Below, one piece after another: positions 17,068-26,276 of a DNA stretch of 64,000 bases. The notes under the pieces were generated by a model. It was not told the origin of the DNA. It made no database searches and saw nothing but the letters and a program-made list of their open reading frames with translations. The position numbers and the translations under genes were made by a program. Position 1 is the stretch's first letter, and each line of letters starts with the position of its first letter. This stretch comes from a phage, in sequence record PZ445451.1; one strand, 5' to 3'.

Positions 17068-17068
17068 T

Positions 17069-17281
17069 ATGGGAATGTTGCTTCGTGTTTTTGTGTTTCT
17101 TATGTTCTGGATTATCGTTGGTAACGGTATTGTATTTTTGATTTTTCCTGAAGTGATGACAGGTAATGAAAATAAGGCAGTGCCTTACATTATGCTTATC
17201 GGTTACGGTATTGGTACACTTGGACTACTGTTTGCTGATTGGTTAATCAATACTTTGTTCTCTAAGTACAGGAACAACTAA
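17069..17281 (+). CDS. integral membrane protein (70 aa, two TM helices)
   Basis: Track ORF; hydrophobic throughout. Confidence 0.55.
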   Translation: MGMLLRVFVFLMFWIIVGNGIVFLIFPEVMTGNENKAVPYIMLIGYGIGTLGLLFADWLINTLFSKYRNN

Positions 17282-17282
17282 T

Positions 17283-17555
17283 ATGTCGGAAAACTTACCT
17301 AATGTTTTCTTTTGTTTTGTAGATTGTGTTACACAAGAAATTATAGTTGACGAAGAAGGTATGTTTACTTATTTTGCATCTGAAGAAGAGGCAAAACTAT
17401 CAGTTATGAAATGTATAAGCCAACTATCAGTACCTGCTGTCAACAGGTTCGGTATTGCACAGGTGTATAAAACAGTAACAGAGTTTACACCAGATCGAAA
17501 ACTAACTTTTCTTAACGTTCACTTTGTTTGTAAGTTTAGTGAACTACGACATTAA
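17283..17555 (+). CDS. hypothetical protein (90 aa)
   Basis: Track ORF. Confidence 0.55.
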   Translation: MSENLPNVFFCFVDCVTQEIIVDEEGMFTYFASEEEAKLSVMKCISQLSVPAVNRFGIAQVYKTVTEFTPDRKLTFLNVHFVCKFSELRH

Positions 17556-17568
17556 ATCAGGAGTAAAA

Positions 17569-18168
17569 ATGAAAGAATATTGGAGTGGTGAGAAGGGCTT
17601 ACTAAAGCCAGGAATGCTTTTACGAGTAAAGAACATGTTGATCACACAAGATTACATAATGCCTAATCCTGGAGCATTAGTAGAATTCCTTACTGCGCGA
17701 GATCAACCTGGGATTGGTGAAATGTGGATTGTAACGTGGATATCTCTCGATGGTAAATTGCGCGTTGCTCCTATTGACCCAAAACACTTAGAATCTCCTT
17801 ACGCCAGTATTGATCCTCGGATCATAGATTTGGCTAGAGTTTATAAAGCTCGGACTGGTGTAGAATTAAATGTGGAAATTTTAAATCAATGTATTGACTT
17901 CTTACCGGAAAAAGTGCATAATGCTCAACAAGAAGGTAACGGTTTAGAAGTTGTTCTTCTTAATGATGGGATGTTCTCTGGTTTGGCATCCGTAGATTTT
18001 CCAATAACATTAAGATTGTTACCTGGAGAATATGTACTGGATGAAGATACTATTGCTATATCCTCTAAAATTTTAGAACTCATTCCAGGTGCAAGGTGTG
18101 TTGGTGATACATCTTCCTTGCTGTTTACTCTGAATGAAGAAGCCATTATAGTTAAAAAGGAGAAGTAA
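17569..18168 (+). CDS. hypothetical protein (199 aa)
   Basis: Track ORF 17524-18168 trimmed to ATG 17569 (CAGGAG RBS). Confidence 0.65.
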   Translation: MKEYWSGEKGLLKPGMLLRVKNMLITQDYIMPNPGALVEFLTARDQPGIGEMWIVTWISLDGKLRVAPIDPKHLESPYASIDPRIIDLARVYKARTGVELNVEILNQCIDFLPEKVHNAQQEGNGLEVVLLNDGMFSGLASVDFPITLRLLPGEYVLDEDTIAISSKILELIPGARCVGDTSSLLFTLNEEAIIVKKEK

Positions 18169-18273
18169 ATGATGACGTTTATTGTTGGTGTTGTTGTTGG
18201 TTATTTTGGTCACAAGTACCAAGATGTTATCATCGATAAAGTTGACGAAGTAATCGAAAAATTTAAACACTAA
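18169..18273 (+). CDS. small hydrophobic peptide (34 aa), not in track
   Basis: ATG 18169 right after upstream stop; AAGGAGAAG RBS. Confidence 0.3.
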   Translation: MMTFIVGVVVGYFGHKYQDVIIDKVDEVIEKFKH

Positions 18274-18323
18274 TTTTTAAAAGGCTGTACTGCTGTGCAG
18301 CCTATCTTTCAAAGGAGAGTAAA

Positions 18324-18497
18324 ATGTTCAAAGATACCCATTATAAATGTGTACATTGTGGTAAATCTTTTGGTGATCACAAAGCTAAAACATTCAATTG
18401 TCCACGAAAAGGGCGAGGTAGCTTTAAAGGTTTTAATCCATCCCACGTTTATTCTCCCAACTACGAGAAACCAGAAGAAGAAAAATTTGTAATCTGA
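18324..18497 (+). CDS. small zinc-ribbon protein (57 aa; C-x2-C ... C-x-R-K-G)
   Basis: ATG 18324 after AAAGGAGAG RBS; preferred over the overlapping track ORF 18295-18492, which starts at a GTG inside a hairpin and has no RBS. Confidence 0.45.
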   Translation: MFKDTHYKCVHCGKSFGDHKAKTFNCPRKGRGSFKGFNPSHVYSPNYEKPEEEKFVI

Positions 18498-18506
18498 GGA
18501 GGCAAT

Positions 18507-18794
18507 ATGGAACTAGTGCAAGAAGTTTATGAAAAACTGAAAGAAGAGAATCTTGATTGGCCTGAACATGCTCTTATTGTCGTCAAAGATACTAATGGTG
18601 AAATAAAATTCTCAAGTGTAAGTGAAGATGATGTTGTTTTAAGTCCTACAGGATATTATATGAGAGGTGTTACGTGTCTATTCAACACCAAAGTGTATCC
18701 TGAAATTAAACTTAGTTACGGTGAACCTGATCATCCAGAAATCGTTACACGTAATGAATATGAAAATTATTATTTTGCTCGTGAAAGCAAATAA
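18507..18794 (+). CDS. hypothetical protein (95 aa)
   Basis: Track ORF; GAGGAGG RBS. Confidence 0.6.
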   Translation: MELVQEVYEKLKEENLDWPEHALIVVKDTNGEIKFSSVSEDDVVLSPTGYYMRGVTCLFNTKVYPEIKLSYGEPDHPEIVTRNEYENYYFARESK

Positions 18795-18802
18795 GGAAAA
18801 CT

Positions 18803-19126
18803 ATGCAAAAAATAAACACTGGTTCTCGTCCTAAACAGAAGCAAACAAAAGCAAGGGTATCTTATGTTGACAACTCTTGTTATAATTTCAAAAATGTTAA
18901 AGAAGTTATCATTGATGAAAAAGAAGGTTTGATTCACATTTCATCTGAACGTTTGAAAGGTAGTGTTACTCTTCGTGAGAATGTATCTATACCTATGAAA
19001 TTTGTGGCTACACTCTGTGTTGATAAACCAGATGTTGTTAACTACTATGTGTTCCGTGATAGTTGTATTTCATTACATAATAAGATTTTTAAATCTTCGC
19101 ACGTTAAAACAAAACACATTGTATAA
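18803..19126 (+). CDS. hypothetical protein (107 aa)
   Basis: Track ORF; AAGGAAAAC RBS. Confidence 0.6.
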   Translation: MQKINTGSRPKQKQTKARVSYVDNSCYNFKNVKEVIIDEKEGLIHISSERLKGSVTLRENVSIPMKFVATLCVDKPDVVNYYVFRDSCISLHNKIFKSSHVKTKHIV

Positions 19127-19132
19127 CACATA

Positions 19133-19156
19133 AACCCGCTTCGGCGGGTTTTCTTG
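19133..19156 (+). terminator. rho-independent terminator
   Basis: AACCCGC-TTCG-GCGGGTT stem followed by TTCTTG. Confidence 0.65.
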
Positions 19157-19200
19157 TATATGTGTTTTTATTTGTCTTAGCCTAAATAATAGGAGGTATT

Positions 19201-19422
19201 ATGTCTGTAGTTGTAGAAGGTAGTATTGGTTTCTTAGTAGATAACCCTCACCCTTTCGTGGTTAAGGTTCATATTCAAGAAAAGGTAAGCAACAATACGT
19301 GGTTGTGCTTGTTAGATAGTAAGATACACTCTTATACAGAGGTTTATCTTCATACTTGGCAAATTGGTACGATAACAGCAGAGGATGAATTGATAATTGA
19401 ATTATATGAACGAGATCTATAG
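19201..19422 (+). CDS. hypothetical protein (73 aa)
   Basis: Track ORF; AGGAGG RBS. Confidence 0.6.
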   Translation: MSVVVEGSIGFLVDNPHPFVVKVHIQEKVSNNTWLCLLDSKIHSYTEVYLHTWQIGTITAEDELIIELYERDL

Positions 19423-19502
19423 ATGACTTTACTAGAGAGTATCGTAGTGTTAATCATCTTTATCATTGTTGTCATAGGATATTTTACAGAAGACTAAAAT
19501 AA

Positions 19503-19536
19503 AGCCCCTAGAATCGCTTCTAGGGGCTTTTGTTTG
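19503..19536 (+). terminator. strong rho-independent terminator closing the plus-strand early block
   Basis: 11 bp stem AGCCCCTAGAA / TTCTAGGGGCT, TCGC loop, T-rich tail. Confidence 0.7.
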
Positions 19537-19597
19537 CATTAGATAGGGAAACGTATTACTAAAATAAAAAGTGCGTTAGAATTCGTTACAGGAGGTT

Positions 19598-19855
19598 TTA
19601 GGAATGCATAAAATCTTCTTCAGGGCAGGTTGAGAGATAAGAGATGCACGTTGGGACAACAACAACATTGTCTTTAAGGTTTTCAACCAAGCCTTTTGTA
19701 ATCCCAGCCACTGCCCCGTTAATATCTGCTTGACGGATACCAAAGCCTTGTTGTGCGGATAGATAACAAAATCCCTCACCTTTCTGTTGATTGTTATTGA
19801 AGTAATAAACGTAGTGCATCATAAAATGGTCTTTAACGATTTGTTCTGTGGTCAT
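19598..19855 (-). CDS. hypothetical protein (85 aa)
   Basis: Track ORF; AGGAGA RBS; last gene of the minus-strand block. Confidence 0.55.
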   Translation of the reverse strand: MTTEQIVKDHFMMHYVYYFNNNQQKGEGFCYLSAQQGFGIRQADINGAVAGITKGLVENLKDNVVVVPTCISYLSTCPEEDFMHS

Positions 19856-19870
19856 AATATTCTCCTATAA

Positions 19871-19890
19871 GAAAAGGGGCTTTCGCCCCC
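19871..19890 (-). terminator. GGGGC-TTTC-GCCCC hairpin terminator (minus orientation)
   Basis: Hairpin followed by a U-run on the minus strand, downstream of the Sir2-like gene; same hairpin type recurs at 31162 and 44251. Confidence 0.5.
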
Positions 19891-19899
19891 TTGGTTAAG

Positions 19900-20712
19900 T
19901 TATTTAGTCAAATGATCTTCTATCATTTTTATGAAAGCAGGATTGCTAAAAGCATCTGCGGCCTTTTCTCGATAAACAAAAACTCCTCTATCTTCGTAAA
20001 GAAGAGTTTCTTCGTAATTAATTCCTGGGTTAACAACAATCATTTTTGTACCCATACTAAGTGCAGGGAATAATTCCCAATTAAAATTGATAACTTGGTT
20101 TGAACATCCTACTACAACAACCAAATCTTGCATGGTCAAAGTATCAAACAAGTGAGCCATATCTGCATACAAAGGTGCAGCCTCACCAAAAAATACAACA
20201 TTAGGCTTCACCCAGTTGTAATCATCTATGTTTATACTGTTGTAACCAATATCTACCAGTGTTTTGTAGTCCCCAGGATGCATACGGTAAACTACTTCAG
20301 GAAGATATCCGTGCACGTGGATAACAGAATCCCTGTCTACACCTGCTCGCTCTAGTAGATCATCAACGTTTGTTGTCAAGTTTACTACTTGGTTAGGATA
20401 TTCCTTAAACCACTTTGCTATTTGAATATGTGCAGCATTAGGTTGTACATCTTTAAGCTCAACACGTCTTTTGTTATAAAATTCGTGTGTTTTGGCATAC
20501 AAATCCATACCGTTTTCGTCTACACCACCAACCACTGGAAGATCTGGTGATGTTCTCACACGATAACCTGCTTGGAAAGCTCCAATATCGCAGATCTCTT
20601 CTAAATCCCATTCTTCCCATAGGGCACGACCACTATCTGTGTCTGTTCGGAATGTTCGAATCCCACTGTCTGCACTTAAACCAGCTCCACTAACAAAAAT
20701 TACTCTTCGCAT
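19900..20712 (-). CDS. Sir2-family protein (sirtuin-like NAD+-dependent deacylase / ADP-ribosyltransferase / NADase), no zinc ribbon
   Basis: GAGLSADSGIRTFR matches the sirtuin GAGIS..SGIP.FR NAD-binding motif; TNVDDLLERAG and VIHVHG match the catalytic region; no C-x2-C pairs. Confidence 0.75.
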   Translation of the reverse strand: MRRVIFVSGAGLSADSGIRTFRTDTDSGRALWEEWDLEEICDIGAFQAGYRVRTSPDLPVVGGVDENGMDLYAKTHEFYNKRRVELKDVQPNAAHIQIAKWFKEYPNQVVNLTTNVDDLLERAGVDRDSVIHVHGYLPEVVYRMHPGDYKTLVDIGYNSINIDDYNWVKPNVVFFGEAAPLYADMAHLFDTLTMQDLVVVVGCSNQVINFNWELFPALSMGTKMIVVNPGINYEETLLYEDRGVFVYREKAADAFSNPAFIKMIEDHLTK

Positions 20713-21269
20713 TCAATATCCTCTTCGTAATCATCATCCCAAGAAGATGCGTCGTAACGCTCTTCCTCTTCGAAATCCCAGTTAATTTCTACCCCAAAAT
20801 CTAAAAACAATTTAACAATGTTTTCTGTAGAGTAGTATTTATCATAAGCATTAGCTAGTTCCCAATACTTATCACTCAATTTTTTATAAGTAGGATCATT
20901 ATAGTCATAATCTACTTTATAACTATAGTCATACATCTCTTGTTCAGCTTTAAGCATAGCTTCTGGTGTAAGAAGATTAGGGGACGGACGATTTCTTTCT
21001 TTTAACTTAGAAGCGATCCAGTTTGCAACATTCGCCACTTCACCATCTCGATTATCACCTAAACAACTTGCATAATCTCCATCTTCGTAAGTGCCTAAAT
21101 CCCCATTTACTTCATGTACAATAGATGAATACGATCCACACGTTTCACAATCTGAAAAAGTGTCTACTGTTGTAATATCAATAGATAAAACTGGTAAAGC
21201 CATAGCTTCTTTCACACAAGCCTCCTCATATAATAACATATCATCAAAACCCATATATCCTCCACACAA
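20700..21269 (-). CDS. highly acidic hypothetical protein (189 aa)
   Basis: Track ORF; Asp/Glu/Tyr-rich. Confidence 0.55.
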   Translation of the reverse strand: MCGGYMGFDDMLLYEEACVKEAMALPVLSIDITTVDTFSDCETCGSYSSIVHEVNGDLGTYEDGDYASCLGDNRDGEVANVANWIASKLKERNRPSPNLLTPEAMLKAEQEMYDYSYKVDYDYNDPTYKKLSDKYWELANAYDKYYSTENIVKLFLDFGVEINWDFEEEERYDASSWDDDYEEDIECEE

Positions 21270-21290
21270 ATAAAGCCCCTGATTGGGGCT
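21266..21290 (-). terminator. hairpin terminator (AGCCCC-TGATT-GGGGCT) in minus orientation
   Basis: Downstream of the 21309 gene; U-rich on the minus strand. Confidence 0.45.
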
Positions 21291-21308
21291 TTGGTTAAGT
21301 TTTACGGA

Positions 21309-21917
21309 TTATACCAGACTTTTAAGGTACTTGTCAAGGGCTTCTTGATCACCTTGACAAACATAGCAACGGAAGTCTTGAGCAGAAGGTTCTTTGTCCT
21401 CGTCCCAATCCCAATAAACCGTACCTTTATAACGTGAACCTGGGAACTCGAAATATGCTGTATGAGTAATATGATGTGGGCCACCCCAAAACTGTGTAAA
21501 AGTAAATTGAGGATACGCTGCTTTAACTGTATTTTCAAACCAAGTTTTACGATCTAATGCTTCGTTTATAAAATAAGCATGGCGTTCCATTTCATCCCAG
21601 TTTTTCCAAACGCATTTTTCATCCAGAGAAAAAACAAAATCTTCACTGTTGAATTCATCTGTATCTTCCAAAGTATCATAATCATGTGCACTAGGTATCC
21701 ACCATCCAGCTTCTAATAGTGCTTTCACGGGTACAAAACCTTTTTCAGCATATTGATCAAATTCTTTTACTCTACGTACAGTGCAGTATTCATCTTCACC
21801 ACCAATGTCCAGTAGACAAGCGCCTCTGCGTCTTGCTGCAAGACCATGTGTATCAAAAACTACAACGCTACCTTCACCATCTTCACGATCTACTTGATAT
21901 GCAACTTTTTGAGTCAT
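21309..21917 (-). CDS. hypothetical protein (202 aa)
   Basis: Track ORF; no motif recognised. Confidence 0.6.
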   Translation of the reverse strand: MTQKVAYQVDREDGEGSVVVFDTHGLAARRRGACLLDIGGEDEYCTVRRVKEFDQYAEKGFVPVKALLEAGWWIPSAHDYDTLEDTDEFNSEDFVFSLDEKCVWKNWDEMERHAYFINEALDRKTWFENTVKAAYPQFTFTQFWGGPHHITHTAYFEFPGSRYKGTVYWDWDEDKEPSAQDFRCYVCQGDQEALDKYLKSLV

Positions 21918-22040
21918 ATTACCCCCAATGTATATGGGAAATTACCCAAAAGATAAATTCCCAAAAACACCAACCAAGAAAAGTTAATGGAATTATAAAA
22001 GCTATCAGAGCAGTCTTCCAGCCTTTCCACAATGTTTCCA

Positions 22041-23030
22041 TTATTCCCCCATAGATTTAAGAATATGTGCAATGACAGGTATAGTCCAACCGTTGCCTAA
22101 CATCTTATATGCTTGTGTGTTACTACTCACTTTAAAGTAATCATCTGGAACACCTTGTAAGCGGCAACACTCTTTAACCGTTAACTTTCTATAATGTACG
22201 CCTTCACTCAATTTTTCAAAGGCATCTAGATATTTTCCAGGTGGAATGTAAGCTAGTAGTACGTCTTTAGGCACAGTCGTGAGGCAACGAGTTTTTTCAC
22301 TGTCCTGAACTTCCAAACAATGTACCAAACGATCAGTTTTAGATGTACTACGTTTGCCATTTTCATTAATTCTACGCCCATATATTGCTGCCGGATAAAA
22401 AACCAGTTGTCTGCGACTCTTTTCAAAATACTGTTCTATATTACCACCTTTGGCATAATTTGCATCTATGCAATAAGCCTTATCTCTGTCTACAATACTA
22501 TCATCTTCAATGATATCTTGCAACACTTCATTGGTAATATTCCAAGGTTTTATTTCCCAATTGCACCAGTATAAACGTTGCCTATTCTGTGCAGTGAAAT
22601 CTGCGGAGTTAATGAATACGGGATCAACACCTAAGTAACTTGTGATCACGTTTTCCCACTCCACCTTCATCTTAACGTTCTCAAGCATGAACTTAACATT
22701 AGGGTTAAACTTTTTAATATGTTCAAGAATTTCAACATACTCAAAGAACAGTTTAGATCGCGGATCTTGAAAGTTCAAACCCTTACCAGAAGAAGAGAAG
22801 CCTTGGCACGGGCTACCACCTAACAAAAGATCAATTTCTCCCCACGGGATATTCCATTCTCTCCATTTTGTAACATCACCTAATTGAACAATATCTGGAA
22901 AATTGGCTTGGCTTTCAGCTATGGCAAATTTGTCTAATTCTGAAGCATAATACTTATCTACTTCAATACCTGCGCTTTTTAGTGCAAGCATTCCTCCTGA
23001 CATACCATCAAAAAGACTTAAAACTTTCAT
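22041..23030 (-). CDS. DNA (cytosine-5)-methyltransferase
   Basis: Motif I FDGMSGG, catalytic PC motif GGSPCQGFS, ENV motif (MLENVK). Confidence 0.85.
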   Translation of the reverse strand: MKVLSLFDGMSGGMLALKSAGIEVDKYYASELDKFAIAESQANFPDIVQLGDVTKWREWNIPWGEIDLLLGGSPCQGFSSSGKGLNFQDPRSKLFFEYVEILEHIKKFNPNVKFMLENVKMKVEWENVITSYLGVDPVFINSADFTAQNRQRLYWCNWEIKPWNITNEVLQDIIEDDSIVDRDKAYCIDANYAKGGNIEQYFEKSRRQLVFYPAAIYGRRINENGKRSTSKTDRLVHCLEVQDSEKTRCLTTVPKDVLLAYIPPGKYLDAFEKLSEGVHYRKLTVKECCRLQGVPDDYFKVSSNTQAYKMLGNGWTIPVIAHILKSMGE

Positions 23031-23443
23031 TATTGCTTCTTCTCCTTAACACTAGCTGGTAACTCTACCTTGAGGCAGAAGTTTAAACGGTAAGCCTCAT
23101 TCTCATTTAAAAGTACAGATTCACACGATAACCAGAACAAGAGATCCTCAATACCAGGGCTGTTAAGCCAACAGTGCAGAAGAGAATGTTGTTCTATATC
23201 AATGTAATTTAGTAACAAGGCTTGTAAGGCATAACTAGTTCCTGTCGTTTTTGCTTTTTCAAGGATGATATTGTGTTTACTAACAACTTTCTTCCTAAGA
23301 CCAAACCATTTATTAACAACAACAGTCTCCTCTTGTAGTTGTTTTCTTATTTTCTCACATTCTTTAACTACAATCTGCATCTTATCCACTGCTGATTGAA
23401 GTTGTTCTTTTGTTGGGTTTACAAAATAGTCACTATAGTACAT
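23030..23443 (-). CDS. hypothetical protein (137 aa)
   Basis: Track ORF; start overlaps the methyltransferase gene. Confidence 0.55.
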   Translation of the reverse strand: MYYSDYFVNPTKEQLQSAVDKMQIVVKECEKIRKQLQEETVVVNKWFGLRKKVVSKHNIILEKAKTTGTSYALQALLLNYIDIEQHSLLHCWLNSPGIEDLLFWLSCESVLLNENEAYRLNFCLKVELPASVKEKKQ

Positions 23444-23528
23444 GCTAATCTTCTCCTCTTCTGTTTTTCTGTAGTTTATTTGAAAAAACTGGTCTTGTCA
23501 ACAAAAAACCCGCCGAAGCGGGTTTATA

Positions 23529-23786
23529 TTATTCTACAGGAACTTCTTCACCAAGAGAAACTTCTAAACGGAATGCTTTACTTTCAATACACTCACTACC
23601 TTTTAGAAAATCAAATTGCACTATAGACTGACTTAATAGAATAGATAGAATCACATCGCAATCTTCACTAGGAGCTAGATGTTTGTATTCTTCCTTCAAG
23701 GTAACATCATAAAAACATAAATCCCCTACTCCTAGTTCATCCCATCCTTCCCACGCATCTACAAAGTTAAACTCTAAACCTTTCAT
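23529..23786 (-). CDS. hypothetical protein (85 aa)
   Basis: Track ORF. Confidence 0.5.
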   Translation of the reverse strand: MKGLEFNFVDAWEGWDELGVGDLCFYDVTLKEEYKHLAPSEDCDVILSILLSQSIVQFDFLKGSECIESKAFRLEVSLGEEVPVE

Positions 23787-24307
23787 ACAACCTCCTCGTA
23801 ATTGTTATTGTGTTTTACTGTCTCAACATACAATAAAGATTCCATCTGTAATACATTACCAGAAATAATAAACCCATAAGCCATTTCAGATGTGTCTATA
23901 TCATATGCCCCGTCTTCCGGTTTAGCAAAGTGTAAAACTATTTCATCTGGGTTTTCTTCATCCCATATTTTAGAAATTTTTCGAACCAGAATATTAGCTA
24001 AAATAGTTGACATTCGGGATAAAGCTGTATCCTCGTATCTTTTAAAACCTAACCAATAGAGGTTAAGAATTTCTACTTCTTCTTGTGTTAAGTTTTTGTC
24101 TAAAGTAATCAGATCTGTAGGATACATCGTTTTTGTTGAACCTACTATTACAAAACCTGGAGTGTTATGAAAAACAATCTTAACTTTATCACGTATGAAG
24201 TTTAAACCTTGTGCCTCAACTATATATTGTATTGTAGGTACAATATCGTTTGTTACATCAATAAAGCTATCTTTAATGACGCTTATATTATTTCTGGACA
24301 AGACCAT
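23783..24307 (-). CDS. hypothetical protein (174 aa)
   Basis: Track ORF. Confidence 0.6.
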   Translation of the reverse strand: MVLSRNNISVIKDSFIDVTNDIVPTIQYIVEAQGLNFIRDKVKIVFHNTPGFVIVGSTKTMYPTDLITLDKNLTQEEVEILNLYWLGFKRYEDTALSRMSTILANILVRKISKIWDEENPDEIVLHFAKPEDGAYDIDTSEMAYGFIISGNVLQMESLLYVETVKHNNNYEEVV

Positions 24308-24866
24308 TCTCCTCTAAAATAGGTTTAATAAATTCGAAGATTTGTTTTTTACTTTTACCTCGAATATTAAAACAAGGAACATTAAACTTTTTAGCCAACA
24401 TCCAAGCTGTTCTTGTACCACCTAAAGGATCTCCATTTTTATCTGTATTTGCACAAGCTAAAAGAAAACAAGATGGTTTTGGATTCTCAAGATCTCTGCC
24501 AAGAACTTGGTGGATATTTCTTTGATGTAATTTTTTAGCACCTTGAGATAATCTGTCCCAAGCTGGATGCAATTCTTTTGCATATTGCAAGGTTAGAGCA
24601 TAGTTTACACTATCTGGTCTGTCAAGAACAATAACCTCTCCTTCTATCTCATTACCTTTAAACGAAGGCCAAGGAATGTATATTTCTTTCTTTGTATTGT
24701 TTCCACTATCATATACCCCGCATTCAAATGCGGAATCTGCACCTTCTGCTTTACCAGATCGCAAAATGAACCATGTAGATAACCATTTTGCAACAGCTAC
24801 CATAGTGTCCCATTCTTCGTCTGTAATATCTCTGCTACCAACACCTGTGTAGAATAAATCGCTCAT
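24288..24866 (-). CDS. SLOG/DprA(Smf)-like Rossmann-fold protein (possible nucleotide-binding)
   Basis: Track ORF 24288-24983 trimmed to Met40 (GGAGAA RBS); GVGSRD ... RSGKAEGADSAFECG resembles the DprA/SLOG glycine-rich motif. Confidence 0.45.
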   Translation of the reverse strand: MSDLFYTGVGSRDITDEEWDTMVAVAKWLSTWFILRSGKAEGADSAFECGVYDSGNNTKKEIYIPWPSFKGNEIEGEVIVLDRPDSVNYALTLQYAKELHPAWDRLSQGAKKLHQRNIHQVLGRDLENPKPSCFLLACANTDKNGDPLGGTRTAWMLAKKFNVPCFNIRGKSKKQIFEFIKPILEENGLVQK

Positions 24867-24876
24867 GGTTTTCTCC

Positions 24877-25197
24877 TTAACAAGTAATATTGGGAATAAT
24901 ACTGGGAGTAACAATTGGAGTAATAGGGTACGTAAACCAAGGGCTTCCAATTTCCCAAGGACTATAAGGTGTACGAGGATCAAATGGAGGCGTTACTTGA
25001 GGCTTTTTCCAAATCTCCGCTAGTTGTTTCTTCCATTTATCCCTTGCTGTATCGTTATCTTCATCCAACTGTTCGTCATTATCTTTTATTTCTGATTTTG
25101 GAAATAAAAGCTCTTTGACTAACTCAACGTCTTCCGTTTCAATAGTAGTTTCTTTCGTAATATTCCCTACCGTCTCTTTAATTGTGACTTTATACAT
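24877..25197 (-). CDS. hypothetical protein with Pro-rich C-terminus (106 aa)
   Basis: Track ORF. Confidence 0.5.
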   Translation of the reverse strand: MYKVTIKETVGNITKETTIETEDVELVKELLFPKSEIKDNDEQLDEDNDTARDKWKKQLAEIWKKPQVTPPFDPRTPYSPWEIGSPWFTYPITPIVTPSIIPNITC

Positions 25198-25943
25198 TAG
25201 TCCTCCTCTAAAGTAGAATAAAATTGTAACGTATTTGAATCATCAAAATATGCAAAGGTTAAATTACCATTGAAGCAAGATCCTGTATCCATATATACCC
25301 TATTACTGCTAATTACAGGTTTAGGAACATAAGAATGCCCGTGAAATACATAATCTACTCCTGAAACTCTAGGAAGAAGAATCCCTTCAAGGGCGCAATC
25401 TATCATATCACGATCCCACATTAAAGATTCTGTGAATCGAGATACTTGCTCTTTATTCATATTCAAACAAAATGGCAAAACTTCTGTCACTGGTAAATGT
25501 TCCAAAACTGAAGGATACCCACCGTGAATAAAGCCTAGTTTCATATCACGATAATTGACAACAAGTACAACAGGTAAATCTTCTAGCATCAAAGCAAGAG
25601 CAGTTGCACCCTCTTCTCCACACTCGTCTAGAACTGTATGGCCTCCGTTCTGAAACCAACATTCGTAATATCGTCTATCACCTTCTAGCAACCCTTTAAT
25701 CATCATATCTTCATGATTTCCACGAATACCATAACGATTTAGCTTTCTGGTGAATTCAACAACACAACGAAAATTCTGCTTGCCGCGATCTGTAAGATCT
25801 CCTAAAGATACAACAACATCTTGATCTCGGATACCTAAAGTATTAACACCTTTCTGGTACAAATCAAAGCAACCATGTAAATCACCAATAATAAACAGGT
25901 CTTGATCATCTTTTACACTAATTTCTTGATATACTAGCATCAA
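25197..25943 (-). CDS. Ser/Thr protein phosphatase (calcineurin-like metallophosphoesterase, lambda-PPase type)
   Basis: GDLHGC, GDLTDRG and GNHED metallophosphatase motifs. Confidence 0.8.
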   Translation of the reverse strand: MMLVYQEISVKDDQDLFIIGDLHGCFDLYQKGVNTLGIRDQDVVVSLGDLTDRGKQNFRCVVEFTRKLNRYGIRGNHEDMMIKGLLEGDRRYYECWFQNGGHTVLDECGEEGATALALMLEDLPVVLVVNYRDMKLGFIHGGYPSVLEHLPVTEVLPFCLNMNKEQVSRFTESLMWDRDMIDCALEGILLPRVSGVDYVFHGHSYVPKPVISSNRVYMDTGSCFNGNLTFAYFDDSNTLQFYSTLEED

Positions 25944-26266
25944 CTCTCCTCAAAATCCATAAGTATAAAGATATTAACTTTACCTTCTATATTATGTTCT
26001 ACAACAAGATCTGCAAATTCTTTGTAGGCTTTTTCTTCTATTTGTTCAATGTGAGACGCTACATCTTTGTATATAGCGTCACCATCTACTTTAACAAGGA
26101 GGAATAGAGATCTTACTTCAATCTCTTTATTTTTACGGGGTAGAAAATCGACGGCTTCTTGTATACGCCAGCCGAGATACCCTGGAGTCCTTTGAATATC
26201 CTCCAAATGACTTTCTAAGATTTCCCTTCCTTTGTCTATTAAAGCCTGTTCTGTCGTTATTTTCAT
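25940..26266 (-). CDS. hypothetical protein (108 aa)
   Basis: Track ORF; ATGA overlap. Confidence 0.55.
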   Translation of the reverse strand: MKITTEQALIDKGREILESHLEDIQRTPGYLGWRIQEAVDFLPRKNKEIEVRSLFLLVKVDGDAIYKDVASHIEQIEEKAYKEFADLVVEHNIEGKVNIFILMDFEES

Positions 26267-26276
26267 CCCCTTCTCC

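Noticed and set aside
18295-18492. Track ORF 18295-18492 (65 aa)
   Set aside because: It starts at a GTG inside a 9 bp hairpin with no RBS and has a low-complexity product; the overlapping frame 18324-18497 has a strong RBS and zinc-ribbon-like Cys pairs, so that one was called instead.
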